The translations under genes were made by a program, and so were the position numbers. A model generated the notes under the pieces. The model was not told the origin of the DNA. It saw only the letters and a program-made list of their open reading frames with translations, and ran no database searches. A stretch of DNA of 64,000 nucleotides from positions 239 to 64,238 of the forward strand of contig JAAEQW010000150.1 in NCBI GenBank assembly GCA_024231025.1, given 5' to 3'. The stretch comes from Candidatus Omnitrophota bacterium (GTDB lineage Bacteria > Omnitrophota > Gorgyraeia > Duberdicusellales > 4484-171). Positions 1 through 10,001 of the stretch are shown piece after piece; positions within the stretch are counted from its first letter, which is position 1, and each line of letters opens with the position of its first letter.

Positions 1-1288
1 TAACTCTGGCGGAGATAAGTCAATATTCTTGACTAGCCAGGACGATATGTACGTGGGTTATGTTAGCGATCCATTCGACGTAACCTTGACTTCCAATGCC
101 GGAGCTATTATTGACAACAACGGTGATGCTCTTAATATTGCCACGGAGAATTTATCTCTTTCAGCGGTAAATGGTATTGCTTCTAGCGATGATCTAGATA
201 CAGCAGTTAGCACGATCAACGCCGTAAACGCGTTATCTGGTGATATTAACATTGAAAACACTGGCGATTTGTATGTCCAGCTTGTGCAAAATTTTGCACC
301 GAATGCAAACATCTCGGTTACTACTCATTCTAACTTAATGGTTGGCTCGATTATCGCCGAAGATGCAGTTTATCTAAATGCAACTGATGGTGATATCGTT
401 GATGACGGGCCTGGTGGTTACATCTCAGCAGGAACAGTTTCCTTAAACGCTTTGGGTGACATTGGCGATTTAACGACTCTCCATGGGGATATCGATCTAA
501 TAGCCGATGTGGTAAGCGCCAATGCCGGAGGAAGCATTGCCATTGAAGAGTTAGACGGGGCTTTATTTGAGAATATAAGCGGGGCAGAGGCGATTGCTAT
601 ATTAACTCATGGCTCAAGTGCGCTCAATGACATTGCTGGGCAGGATTTCGTAAGCATAAGAACATCTTTAGGCGACTTGACAGTGCTTGGCGACGGCATC
701 ACTTCTTTTGACGGAGGAATTGGCCTAACAGCTGATTACGGCTCAGTTTACGCGCAAGGATCAGGACCGCATTTGGTTGGGGGAAATGATTCTTTTATAA
801 ATGCGCCTTTCGGCAGAATTTCTCCTTTTGGAGCACCGTTGAATGTTTCCATAAAAGGAGACCTAATATTAAACATTTCAAACCTTGACATTACTGCTCC
901 TGATAGAAGAACCTATGGAAATTTAGCAGGAACTGTTGAAGGGGGCATTCCTTTACTTTACCCTACTAGCTTTCCTTCACCACTGAATCCTCCAGGATTT
1001 GTGTATTTCAACGGTGTCCAAATTTGGCCGCCTACTAGCAGTGAGATGTATCAGCAGCTTTCACGGGCAGTTTCAGCAAGATTCCAAAGAGGATATTTGG
1101 AATTTTTGCAAAATTATCGTATGGTTTCTTTTGATCAGATGATGCCCACATTCTACGCTTATCATCCTCTAACTTCTACCGATTCTTCAGCTTTTGATGA
1201 TATTGCTTTGGATGAGGAATTTTATGAGTTCTTAGAAGGAAGCATCGAACCAAGAGGTCCTTTGGCGCCTTATTTTGAAGGCACTTAA
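1..1288 (+). CDS. 3' part of a large filamentous-haemagglutinin-like / beta-helical exoprotein (5'-truncated by window edge)
   Basis: Frame is open from base 2 (NSGGDKSIFLTSQ...). G/D/I/S/A/N-rich beta-helix-like repeats (LSLSAVNGI, VYLNATDGDI, VSLNALGDIG), then an aromatic/acidic C-terminal tail and a terminator. Confidence 0.65.
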   Translation, partial: NSGGDKSIFLTSQDDMYVGYVSDPFDVTLTSNAGAIIDNNGDALNIATENLSLSAVNGIASSDDLDTAVSTINAVNALSGDINIENTGDLYVQLVQNFAPNANISVTTHSNLMVGSIIAEDAVYLNATDGDIVDDGPGGYISAGTVSLNALGDIGDLTTLHGDIDLIADVVSANAGGSIAIEELDGALFENISGAEAIAILTHGSSALNDIAGQDFVSIRTSLGDLTVLGDGITSFDGGIGLTADYGSVYAQGSGPHLVGGNDSFINAPFGRISPFGAPLNVSIKGDLILNISNLDITAPDRRTYGNLAGTVEGGIPLLYPTSFPSPLNPPGFVYFNGVQIWPPTSSEMYQQLSRAVSARFQRGYLEFLQNYRMVSFDQMMPTFYAYHPLTSTDSSAFDDIALDEEFYEFLEGSIEPRGPLAPYFEGT

Positions 1289-1315
1289 GAATTAGAATAT
1301 AATTAGTAAATGACT

Positions 1316-1349
1316 AAAACAGGAGAGGTTACCCCTCTCCTGTTTTTTT
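1316..1349 (+). terminator. Intrinsic terminator
   Basis: 13-bp stem AAAACAGGAGAGG / CCTCTCCTGTTTT, 5-nt loop, T-run. Confidence 0.9.
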
Positions 1350-1356
1350 ATACACA

Positions 1357-1385
1357 TTGAGTTTAAGTGGCGCAAATAGTATAAT
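1357..1385 (+). promoter_or_regulatory. Sigma70-type promoter
   Basis: TTGAGT-N17-TATAAT. Confidence 0.6.
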
Positions 1386-1465
1386 AGAAAAGTGTAGGTT
1401 GACTAATTTAGAATGTTGATTTTGTTTTATTTGAAAAAATACCGTACTTGTTAAGGAGGTTACTT

Positions 1466-2011
1466 ATGAAAAAAGTTGTTTGCATAGCCTTAATGTCGCT
1501 TTTGGTTTTTGGTTGCAGTGCTCCCTCTAACGGAAAAACTGCCATTAAAATTGATAGTGTAAAAATATCCGTTAGTGAGTTTGATCAGGCTTTTTCTTTG
1601 TCTAACCTTGCTGATGGTGATAAGTCAGCCAAGAGAGAGTTTTTAGATATTCTTGTTTCGCGTAAATTAATTTTAAAAGAGGCAGAAAATTTGGGTTTAG
1701 ACAAGGATACCGAATTTTTGCAGGACATTCAACTTTTTTGGGAACAATCCTTGCTGAAAAGGATTCTTTCTAGGAAAGTAGAGCAAATAGAAAAAGACGC
1801 AAAAGTCGAAAATGAGGAAATTAGCGCATATTATATTGCCAACAGCGCAGATCAATTTCCCCAAAAATCATTAGAAGATGTTCATGATCAAATACAATTG
1901 TTGCTATCGAAACAAAAACAAAAACAATTAATGCAGGAGTGGATAAATTCCTTAAAAGAGAAAGCGAAAATAAAAATTGATTATGATTTATTGCAAATAG
2001 AGGAGGATTAG
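1466..2011 (+). CDS. Lipoprotein, SurA/PpiC N-terminal chaperone-like domain
   Basis: AGGAGG then ATG 1466; lipobox LVFGC; FLDILVSRKLILKEAENLGLDKD and WINSLKEKAKIKI resemble the SurA_N/PrsA scaffold without a rotamase core. Confidence 0.6.
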   Translation: MKKVVCIALMSLLVFGCSAPSNGKTAIKIDSVKISVSEFDQAFSLSNLADGDKSAKREFLDILVSRKLILKEAENLGLDKDTEFLQDIQLFWEQSLLKRILSRKVEQIEKDAKVENEEISAYYIANSADQFPQKSLEDVHDQIQLLLSKQKQKQLMQEWINSLKEKAKIKIDYDLLQIEED

Positions 2012-2012
2012 C

Positions 2013-2582
2013 ATGGCAACAAAGTCAAAGCGCAAGCAATATTTGATTGATAGTAATTTTCAAATTAAATTTATTTTAAAATTTTGCCTAGTAGTTGTTC
2101 TCTCTTCTTTACTAGTTGTTGGATTGCTTTTGTTTTTAGCAAAAGATTCAACCACTGTAGCTATTGAAAATACTCAAGTTTTGGTTAAAAACACAGCTGA
2201 TTTTATTTTACCACTTACGATAAGTGCAGTATTGATTGGAATGCTATTTTCCGGAGGTGTGGTTTTAATTTTGACACTGTTTACTTCTCATAAAATTTCT
2301 GGCCCGCTATACAGGTTAAAAAACGAAGTGGATAATTTGACGAAAGGTGATTTTAAAAGAAATTTTTATATTCGTGGCGATGATCAACTACAGAATTTCT
2401 CTCAGAGCCTGGATCAGATGTGTAACTCATTACGCGATAAGCACTTAGCGTTAAGAAATAAGTATCAGTATCTAAAAGATTATCTAGAGGATAAGCAATT
2501 TTCTCTTTCCGATGAAAATAAAGAGGAAGCAGCCAAGGCTTTAAATGACTTAGGAGAGGAATTATCTGGTTTTAAGCTTTAA
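2013..2582 (+). CDS. Two-TM membrane protein with HAMP domain
   Basis: RKQYLID..FQ N-terminus, two hydrophobic helices, SHKISGPLYRL...GDF...R..DQL HAMP pattern. Confidence 0.7.
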   Translation: MATKSKRKQYLIDSNFQIKFILKFCLVVVLSSLLVVGLLLFLAKDSTTVAIENTQVLVKNTADFILPLTISAVLIGMLFSGGVVLILTLFTSHKISGPLYRLKNEVDNLTKGDFKRNFYIRGDDQLQNFSQSLDQMCNSLRDKHLALRNKYQYLKDYLEDKQFSLSDENKEEAAKALNDLGEELSGFKL

Positions 2583-3139
2583 TGAAAAAGTTTTTTCTTC
2601 TACTTATTTGCATTACTTTTCCATTTTCTCTTTTTGCTCAGGAGCGCAAGCTTTTGCCATTATCTGAGGGGAAGTATTTTTCTGTATATGGCGATAATCT
2701 GAACGCTATTCTAGTGTTAGAGAAAATTAATTCCCCTTCTTTGGTGTCAGTTGATAGCATTTTCACAAAAACCGACAATCTTTATGATGTGCTAGCCGAA
2801 ACTTTAGACAATCTTTATTCAGAGGTTTCAGATATTCTAGATATTCATATGTATAGTTTTCATAGTAAGATTCATATTGTTCGTGATAAATTCCAGCTAA
2901 ATTCAATACTTAATAGGCGCTACAAAATGGATTTTACTAAAGAGGCACTTTATTTGCATGAAGAAAACACGATTTATGTATCGCTTGAAGATTTAACTCT
3001 AGGCATGTTGGGCCATGAAATCGGCCATGCGATAGTGTCTCGTTATTTTGTGGTTCCCCCTCCGGTAAAAGTGCAAGAAGTTCTTTGTGGATATGTAGAA
3101 TATAATCTGCGTAAAAAAACCAAGGAAATTCCCCATTAA
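2582..3139 (+). CDS. Exported hypothetical protein with HExxH motif (zincin-like)
   Basis: Signal peptide (SLFA); LGHEIGHAI and downstream QE. Confidence 0.55.
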   Translation: MKKFFLLLICITFPFSLFAQERKLLPLSEGKYFSVYGDNLNAILVLEKINSPSLVSVDSIFTKTDNLYDVLAETLDNLYSEVSDILDIHMYSFHSKIHIVRDKFQLNSILNRRYKMDFTKEALYLHEENTIYVSLEDLTLGMLGHEIGHAIVSRYFVVPPPVKVQEVLCGYVEYNLRKKTKEIPH

Positions 3140-3173
3140 ATCCTAGTCTTTTTACTGTTCAAGCTAAAAGTCC

Positions 3174-3202
3174 TTGCCAGTAGGCGTGTAATATGATAAA
3201 TT
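3174..3202 (+). promoter_or_regulatory. Putative sigma70 promoter of pckG
   Basis: TTGCCA-N17-TAAATT with extended TG. Confidence 0.45.
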
Positions 3203-3224
3203 ACTTTAAATTTGGAGGTGCAAA

Positions 3225-5099
3225 ATGAGTGAAAATTACATGGAGTTATTAAAACAAAAGATTGATCAGGAAAATTTGGATAAGTTGTTGGCCTTAAAGA
3301 ATGAAGAGGTTATTAACTTTGTTGGTGAGTATGTCGAGCTTTGCAACCCGGCTAGCGTTTTTGTACGTACAGATTCAGAGCCTGATAGGGCATATATTAG
3401 AGGCAAATCTCTATCCGGAAATGAAGAGATACCACTGAAGACGAAGGGGCATACCGCCCACTTTGATGGTTTTTTTGATCAGGCAAGAGACAAAAAAAAT
3501 ACCAAATATTTGGCAGTCGGTGATCGTAAATACACTAAGTATGTTAATACTGTCGATAAAGATAGCGGTTTAGGTGAGGTAAGGGGATATTTGAAAGATA
3601 TAATGCAGGGCAAGGAGATGTTTGTTTGCTTTTTTTGTTTGGGTCCTGCTAATTCAGAATTTTCAATATCAGCAGTGCAAATTACTGATTCTGCCTATGT
3701 TGTGCACTCTGAAGATATTTTATATCGACCAGGCTATGAACAATTTAAAGGCGTTAAGAGTGAATTTTTCCACTTTGTGCATAGCGCTGGTGAATTAGAG
3801 GCAGCAGTTAGCAAGAATGTTGATTCTCGCCGTGTTTACATTGACTTAGAGAACAATACGGTTTTTAGCACTAACACCCAATATGCAGGAAATACTGTTG
3901 GGTTGAAAAAACTGGCCTTACGTCTTGCGATTAATAAAGCATCCAAAGAAGGGTGGCTTGCTGAACACATGTTTGTTATGGGCGTGCACAATGACCAGGG
4001 AGAAAAAGCTTATTTTTGCGGAGCATATCCTAGCATGTGTGGCAAAACTTCAACAGCAATGATCAATGGCGAGAAGATTATCGGAGATGATATTGCTTAT
4101 TTAAGAGAACGCAACGGAAAGGTTTATGCGGTAAACGTAGAACGTGGAATATTCGGTATCATTAAAGACGTTAACTCCACCGATGATGCCGTAATATTTA
4201 ATTCGCTTACTAAAGAGGGTGAGGTAATTTTCTCTAACATTTTAGTTGATAATGACGGTGTACCATTTTGGCTGGGCAAAGATGCACCGCTACCTTCAAA
4301 AGGTATAAATTATTCTGGGGATTGGTCGCCAGGTAAAGTTGACGATAAAGGTAACGAAATTACTCCGTCTCACAAAAATGCGCGCTATACAATTAGCATT
4401 AGTGCTTTGGATAATGTAGATGAAAATTTAGAAAATCCCGATGGAGTAGAGATCAAGGGGCTTGTTTATGGAGGAAGAGATTCCGACACATCCTCGCCGA
4501 TCGAGCAATCGTTATCTTGGGAGCACGGTATCATTACCAAGGCAGCCGCTCTAGAGTCTGAGACTACTGCGGCAACTCTTGGAAAAGAGGGCGTGCGGGT
4601 GTTTAATCCGATGTCGAACATTGATTTTCTTGCGGTAGGACTTGGCAAGTATATCGATATGAATTTAAGATTTAAAGACAAATTGAAAGACGCGCCGCTA
4701 ATTTTTTCTGCTAATTATTTTCTGCGCGATAGTGATGGAAAATTTTTAAATGCTATTGAAGATAAAAGAGTGTGGCTTAAATGGATGCGCCAAAGAGTTG
4801 ATAAAAGTGTTAAAGCGTTGAAAACTCCTACCGGGTTCATTCCTAAGTATGAGGATTTAGCACAGTTATTTAAAACTGTCCTAAACAAAGAATACAAAAA
4901 AGATGATTACATCGAACAGTTTAGCTTAAGGATCCCCAAAATTTTTGCCAAAATTGAACGCATATTGAAAATATATAAAGAATCTGAAGGCATTCCTAGT
5001 CAGCTGTTCGATGAATTAGAGGCACAAGGGCAGCGTCTTTCGCAATGTCAGAAAGAATTTGGTGATTGTGTAACACCTCAAAGCTTTAAGGAGGAATAA
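3225..5099 (+). CDS. pckG: Phosphoenolpyruvate carboxykinase (GTP)
   Basis: YAGN..GLKK.ALR, WLAEHM, YPSMCGKTS, GDDIAY, HKNARYT, GGRD motifs. Confidence 0.93.
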   Translation: MSENYMELLKQKIDQENLDKLLALKNEEVINFVGEYVELCNPASVFVRTDSEPDRAYIRGKSLSGNEEIPLKTKGHTAHFDGFFDQARDKKNTKYLAVGDRKYTKYVNTVDKDSGLGEVRGYLKDIMQGKEMFVCFFCLGPANSEFSISAVQITDSAYVVHSEDILYRPGYEQFKGVKSEFFHFVHSAGELEAAVSKNVDSRRVYIDLENNTVFSTNTQYAGNTVGLKKLALRLAINKASKEGWLAEHMFVMGVHNDQGEKAYFCGAYPSMCGKTSTAMINGEKIIGDDIAYLRERNGKVYAVNVERGIFGIIKDVNSTDDAVIFNSLTKEGEVIFSNILVDNDGVPFWLGKDAPLPSKGINYSGDWSPGKVDDKGNEITPSHKNARYTISISALDNVDENLENPDGVEIKGLVYGGRDSDTSSPIEQSLSWEHGIITKAAALESETTAATLGKEGVRVFNPMSNIDFLAVGLGKYIDMNLRFKDKLKDAPLIFSANYFLRDSDGKFLNAIEDKRVWLKWMRQRVDKSVKALKTPTGFIPKYEDLAQLFKTVLNKEYKKDDYIEQFSLRIPKIFAKIERILKIYKESEGIPSQLFDELEAQGQRLSQCQKEFGDCVTPQSFKEE

Positions 5100-5968
5100 T
5101 GGTTTATCAAACAGATTATAAAGATGTAAATGTATTCAAAAAAGGAAAAGTTCGTGACGTATACGAAATAGACGATAACCTGCTTTTGATTGCAACTGAT
5201 CGGATTTCTTGTTTTGATTATATTTTACCAACTCCAATTCCTAATAAAGGTAAAATACTAACTAAGATCTCTTTGTTTTGGTTTTCGTTTTTAAAGGATG
5301 TTGTTGAAAATCATCTTATTTCAAGTCATGTGGAAGATTTACCGCCAGCTTTGTCTGAACATCGTGATGATTTAATCGGCCGCATCATGATTGCTAAAAA
5401 ATGTGAGGTGATCCCTTTTGAATGTGTTGTGCGGGGGTACATTTCTGGTTCTGGCTGGAAGGAATATCAGCAAAAAGGAAGTGTTTGTGAGATCAAATTG
5501 CCTGAAGGCTTAAAGCAATCCGATAAGCTCGAGAGTCCAATTTTTACTCCGGCAACTAAGGCTGATGCCGGCCATGATGAGAATGTTGGCTTCGACTATA
5601 TGGCAAGTCAAATAGGATTGGGATTGGCTGAGCAATTAAGAGATTTAAGTATTGCGATTTACAAAAAAGCGGCCGAGTACGCTGATAGTAAAGGTATAAT
5701 CATTGCCGATACCAAATTTGAATTCGGCCTTTTCAATGGTAAGGTTATTTTGGTGGATGAGGTATTAACGCCTGATTCATCACGTTTCTGGCCGAAATCA
5801 ACTTATTCACCAGGTGGTCCGCAAGCTAGTTTTGATAAGCAATTTGTGCGGGACTATTTAGAAAGCATTAATTGGGACAAACAGCCGCCGGCTCCCGAAC
5901 TCCCCGATGAAATTGTTTCTAAGACTGAAGATAAGTATAGAGAGGCTTTGAATCTGCTTAAAAGCTGA
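5099..5968 (+). CDS. purC: SAICAR synthetase
   Basis: GKVRDVY, TDRIS, ECVVRGY, ADTKFEFG, DEVLTPDSSRFW, FDKQFVRD. Confidence 0.97.
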   Translation: MVYQTDYKDVNVFKKGKVRDVYEIDDNLLLIATDRISCFDYILPTPIPNKGKILTKISLFWFSFLKDVVENHLISSHVEDLPPALSEHRDDLIGRIMIAKKCEVIPFECVVRGYISGSGWKEYQQKGSVCEIKLPEGLKQSDKLESPIFTPATKADAGHDENVGFDYMASQIGLGLAEQLRDLSIAIYKKAAEYADSKGIIIADTKFEFGLFNGKVILVDEVLTPDSSRFWPKSTYSPGGPQASFDKQFVRDYLESINWDKQPPAPELPDEIVSKTEDKYREALNLLKS

Positions 5969-7791
5969 TGAAAAAATATGATACTGTTGTTATTGGTGCG
6001 GGGCATGCCGGCATTGAAGCAGCGTATCTGGCAGCAAAACTCCACTGTTCGGTTTTACTTTTAACCCTTGATATTGATGGTATTGGAAGGCTCTCATGTA
6101 ATCCGGCCGTGGGCGGAGTTGCTAAAGGGCATTTGGTTAGGGAAGTCGATGCTTTAGGCGGTTTAATTGGTAAAATTACTGATTCAAGTGCTTTAGGTTA
6201 TCGCTTTTTAAACCGCAGCAAGGGCAAAGCTGTTTGGGCAACCAGGGTTCAGGTGGATAAGTATGTTTATCCTAAAGTAGCAAGAGAATATCTCCAAAAT
6301 AGCAGCAACATAACCATCCTTAACGCAAAAGTTAAGAACATAATTACAAAAAATAATAAAGTAAAAGGGGTAGAAACTAATTTCGGGCAGTTTTTTTATG
6401 CAAAAACAATCATTGTTTGTGCTGGAACATTTCTTAAAGGAAAAATACATATTGGTTTGGATAGTTTTTCCGGAGGCAGACTTTATGAAGAATCAAGCAA
6501 CAGTCTGTTTAAAAGCATAAAGGCGCTTAAGCTTAAAACTAAACATTTTAAAACTGGAACCTGTGCCAGGCTTGATCGGCGAACCTTAAACTTTTCTAAG
6601 ATGGTTGAGCAGCCTTCACAAGAGGATGTTGAGCCGTTTTCTTTTTTTAACAAAAGAATAGGAAAAAATCATTTAAGCTGCTACATTACACATACCAACA
6701 AAAAAACACATAAGGTAATCTCTAAAAATTTAAAGTATTCGCCTCTTTATACGGGAAAAATCAAATCAACCGGAGTTAGGTATTGTCCTTCTCTTGAAGA
6801 TAAGATTGTGCGTTTTTCAAATCGCGATCAACATCAAATTTTTATTGAGCCAGAGGGTAGAGATAGCGTCGAGATTTATCCTAATGGAATTTCTACATCG
6901 CTGCCGTTTGATGTCCAGTGTGAATTTATCCAAACCATCAAGGGGCTAGAGAGCGCTGTGATTCTTCGCCCTGGTTATGGCATTGAGCATGGTGTTATTG
7001 ACGCAAGAGAACTGAGTGCAACATTGCAAACGCAAACGATTAGCGGGCTTTATTTTGCCGGGCAGCTTAATGGAACAACTGGTTATGAAGAAGCAGCCGC
7101 CCAAGGTGCTATTGCTGGCATAAACGCTGCCTTAAGTGTAAAAGGCAAAAATCCATTTGTTTTAGATAGGAGCGATGCGTTTATCGGTGTATTGATTGAT
7201 GACTTGGTAAATAAGGGAACAAATGAACCGTATCGGATGTTCACATCAAGAAGTGAATTTCGTCTTTCAGTGCGTGAGGGCAATGCCGCCTTTAGGTTAA
7301 TGCCAAAGGCCTATAAGTTGGGTTTAATAAATAAAGAAGAATATGCTCTCTTGCAAAAACAAAAAACGTCATTGGAGGGGATAATCAAAGATCTCCGATC
7401 TACAAAGGTCACAATGAACGGTAAAAAAGACTCTTTAGCTAACTTTTTAAAAAGACCGCAAGTGTCATTCGCAAACGTTAACAAACATCTTGATAAAAAA
7501 ATTAAAACTTCATTTTTATCGAAAGAAGCAGAGGTAACGATAAAATATGAAGGATTCCTGCGTAGAGAGCAGTCTGCGGTTAGGGAGCTTAAAAATTTTG
7601 ATAGAATAAAAATACCTGCAATCGATTATTCAAAAGTGCATTCTTTATCTCGAGAAGTAGTTGAAAAGTTGAAAAAGTTTAACCCCAAAACTTTAGGTGA
7701 TGCATTAAAAATCAGTGGGATTACACCGGCCGCAGTTTTAAATATCTATAGCTTTATAAGGCGACCTAAAGATCAAGATAATTGCCGATAA
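5968..7791 (+). CDS. mnmG: tRNA uridine 5-carboxymethylaminomethyl modification enzyme MnmG/GidA
   Basis: GAGHAG, SCNPAVGG, RYCPS.EDK, AGQLNGTTGYEEAAAQG, EPYRMFTSR. Confidence 0.97.
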   Translation: MKKYDTVVIGAGHAGIEAAYLAAKLHCSVLLLTLDIDGIGRLSCNPAVGGVAKGHLVREVDALGGLIGKITDSSALGYRFLNRSKGKAVWATRVQVDKYVYPKVAREYLQNSSNITILNAKVKNIITKNNKVKGVETNFGQFFYAKTIIVCAGTFLKGKIHIGLDSFSGGRLYEESSNSLFKSIKALKLKTKHFKTGTCARLDRRTLNFSKMVEQPSQEDVEPFSFFNKRIGKNHLSCYITHTNKKTHKVISKNLKYSPLYTGKIKSTGVRYCPSLEDKIVRFSNRDQHQIFIEPEGRDSVEIYPNGISTSLPFDVQCEFIQTIKGLESAVILRPGYGIEHGVIDARELSATLQTQTISGLYFAGQLNGTTGYEEAAAQGAIAGINAALSVKGKNPFVLDRSDAFIGVLIDDLVNKGTNEPYRMFTSRSEFRLSVREGNAAFRLMPKAYKLGLINKEEYALLQKQKTSLEGIIKDLRSTKVTMNGKKDSLANFLKRPQVSFANVNKHLDKKIKTSFLSKEAEVTIKYEGFLRREQSAVRELKNFDRIKIPAIDYSKVHSLSREVVEKLKKFNPKTLGDALKISGITPAAVLNIYSFIRRPKDQDNCR

Positions 7792-8842
7792 AATCAGCAA
7801 ATTTTTTACTTCCGCCTCCGGGGCCAAGAAGCGCCGCAACGCCGGATAAATCACTTTCAATTTTCTGGTAAGCTTGTCTATCTTCGAGTACGCTTAGTGT
7901 GTATTTGGCAATGTTTTCTGCAGTTACATCGTTTTGAAGCAGCTCTTCGATAATCTTACGGTTTGATAAGATATTAACCATCCCAGCAAATTTTATATTA
8001 ACCAGTTTCTTTACAATTTTCCAGGTTAATAAATTCAATTTGCAGACAATTAAATAAGGGATTCTTAAAATGGCAATTTTTATTGTTGCTGTACCTGAAG
8101 CAGTAATAATAAATTCCGATCTCTGCAGTTCTTCGGTGCAATACTCAACGACTGGTATATCAACAGAAAATTTCTCATAAAAACTTTCGGGAATGTTAGC
8201 CGGACGGATAATTTGAAATTTATAATTTAGTTTTTCTGCAATAATTTTTTTTGCACCTTGCATTGGTGGCAGGTGTTTTTTTATTTCATTTTTTCGTGAT
8301 CCAGGCATTAGGGAAATCAAGGTTTCGCACTTTACGTCTTTTTTCTCTATAATTTCAAGTAAAGGATGGCCAAAATACAAAACGTCGATCCCCTCGTTTT
8401 TATAAAAATCTTGTTCAAATTTAAAAATAACAATCATTTTATCTACGTATTTTTTTATCAATTTTATTCGTTTTTTTCTCCATGCCCAAACTTGAGGGCT
8501 TATGTAATAAAAAACTGGATATTTGTGATTTAGTTTTTTTAAGAGGCGAAGATTAAAATCGGGGAAGTCAATTGGAATTATCAAATCCGGTTTAATTTTT
8601 TCTATTTCTTCTACGGTTGTTTTAAAGATTTTGAGAATTTTTTTGAGACCAGATAATACTTCAAAAATTCCGGTAACTGAATGAGAGAGGAGATTAATTT
8701 TTTGTTGTGAGTGTTGAGCGAGATTTTCACCGCCGAAAGAAAAAATTTCGACACCAGGATATTTTTCTTTTAAGTACCTGCTTAAGAGTCCACCATAAAG
8801 ATCGCCAGATTTATCTCCGGCAATGATCGCTATTTTTTTCAT
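7766..8842 (-). CDS. lpxB: Lipid-A-disaccharide synthase
   Basis: AGDKSGD, IDFPDFN, YISPQVWAWR, GHPL, PGSR, ASGTAT. Confidence 0.95.
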   Translation of the reverse strand: MKKIAIIAGDKSGDLYGGLLSRYLKEKYPGVEIFSFGGENLAQHSQQKINLLSHSVTGIFEVLSGLKKILKIFKTTVEEIEKIKPDLIIPIDFPDFNLRLLKKLNHKYPVFYYISPQVWAWRKKRIKLIKKYVDKMIVIFKFEQDFYKNEGIDVLYFGHPLLEIIEKKDVKCETLISLMPGSRKNEIKKHLPPMQGAKKIIAEKLNYKFQIIRPANIPESFYEKFSVDIPVVEYCTEELQRSEFIITASGTATIKIAILRIPYLIVCKLNLLTWKIVKKLVNIKFAGMVNILSNRKIIEELLQNDVTAENIAKYTLSVLEDRQAYQKIESDLSGVAALLGPGGGSKKFADFIGNYLDL

Positions 8843-8933
8843 CCTGTTAAACCTCTTATAAAATATTTTGCAAAAAGCGCTGGGCTTGCCCTATTAGACC
8901 TCTTGTGAAATGCGTTAGAAGGTCTGGTCGGGT

Positions 8934-9827
8934 TCATGCGAATTTTTTCTGAATATCAATGGCAAGAGCCAAAGCATTTCTTGCGCTGATTGCGTATTCT
9001 GTGCGGAACTTTTTGCCTTTAACTAAGCTTACAAATTCACCAATTTCTTTTTTTAACGGTTCTTCCTTATTGATTGGCAGAAGTTTTTTCGTGATTTTAT
9101 TTTTTATTTTTTGATATATTTCTACGCGTTGCTGAGCGTAGTCTAGCGATATGTAGCAATTATGCATGAAAATCCTAATTTTTCTTTCTTTTTTGGTTGA
9201 GATCCTTGAGCTGGTTATATTGGCAACACACCCATTTTTAAAAGTAATTCTGGTGTTAGCAATATCAGCTGAATTAGAAAGTACATTTACTCCCTTAGCG
9301 TCTATTTTTTTAACATCGCTTTTTACTAGGTCTAAGATTATATCCAAATCATGAATCATTAAGTCAAGGGTAACTCCAATGTCAAGAGAACGATGAGGAT
9401 AAGGGCTTAGGCGGTGACACTCAATAAAGAGGGGATCCTTGATAATTTTTTTTATCGCTAAGTATGCGTTGTTGTATCTTTCTACATGGCCGACAAAAAG
9501 TAAGGTTTTATTTTTTTTAGATACTTCAATCAGCTTGTTGCCTTCTTTTACGTCGGTGGTGAGTGGTTTTTCAACTAATACCGGTATTTTTCGTTCTAAA
9601 AAGAATTTTGCGATTTCAAAGTGAGTCGGGGTTGGTGTTGCCACGCTTACCATGTCAACTGCCCCAATTAGCTTGCGATAATCGTTAAAGCAAGGCACGT
9701 CGCTGCATTGAGCTAATTTTCCTGCATCAACGTCCACCGCAAAAACCTTCTTAACCGCTCTAAGTTCTTTATAGATGCGAAGATGGATGCTGCCTAATTT
9801 TCCTATTCCAATAACGCCAACTTTCAT
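8934..9827 (-). CDS. Gfo/Idh/MocA oxidoreductase, GnnA-like (UDP-GlcNAc 3-dehydrogenase)
   Basis: GIGKLG, EKP, GHVERYN, DLMIHDLD; located between lpxB and msbA. Confidence 0.75.
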   Translation of the reverse strand: MKVGVIGIGKLGSIHLRIYKELRAVKKVFAVDVDAGKLAQCSDVPCFNDYRKLIGAVDMVSVATPTPTHFEIAKFFLERKIPVLVEKPLTTDVKEGNKLIEVSKKNKTLLFVGHVERYNNAYLAIKKIIKDPLFIECHRLSPYPHRSLDIGVTLDLMIHDLDIILDLVKSDVKKIDAKGVNVLSNSADIANTRITFKNGCVANITSSRISTKKERKIRIFMHNCYISLDYAQQRVEIYQKIKNKITKKLLPINKEEPLKKEIGEFVSLVKGKKFRTEYAISARNALALAIDIQKKFA

Positions 9828-9844
9828 ATAATTTTTCTCATTTT

Positions 9845-9930
9845 TCTGATCTTTGGTCTCTGGTTTCTGGAAAATCCGGAAAAACTTACAACTTATAACT
9901 TAAAACTAAACCAACGGTCTCTGGTCTACG
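9845..9930. repeat. Degenerate heptamer-repeat element with AAATCCGGAAAAA core
   Basis: TCTCTGG-type and CTTACAA/CTTATAA-type units; 9872-9902 is identical to 59532-59562 (31 bp). Confidence 0.8.
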
Positions 9931-9932
9931 TG

Positions 9933-9976
9933 ATTGTATCAAATCTCTTGAGGAAAGTCAATTAATGTGGTAGAAT
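9933..9976. promoter_or_regulatory. Overlapping divergent sigma70 promoters (gnnA-like/lpxB and msbA)
   Basis: Minus strand TTGACT-N17-TACAAT (9961-9933); plus strand TTGAGG-N17-TAGAAT (9948-9976). Confidence 0.6.
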
Positions 9977-10001
9977 CATGCACTAATTTTGAAAGGTTTT
10001 T

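Noticed and set aside
7766-7791. Convergent 26-bp overlap of mnmG and lpxB
   Set aside because: An ordinary short tail-to-tail overlap.
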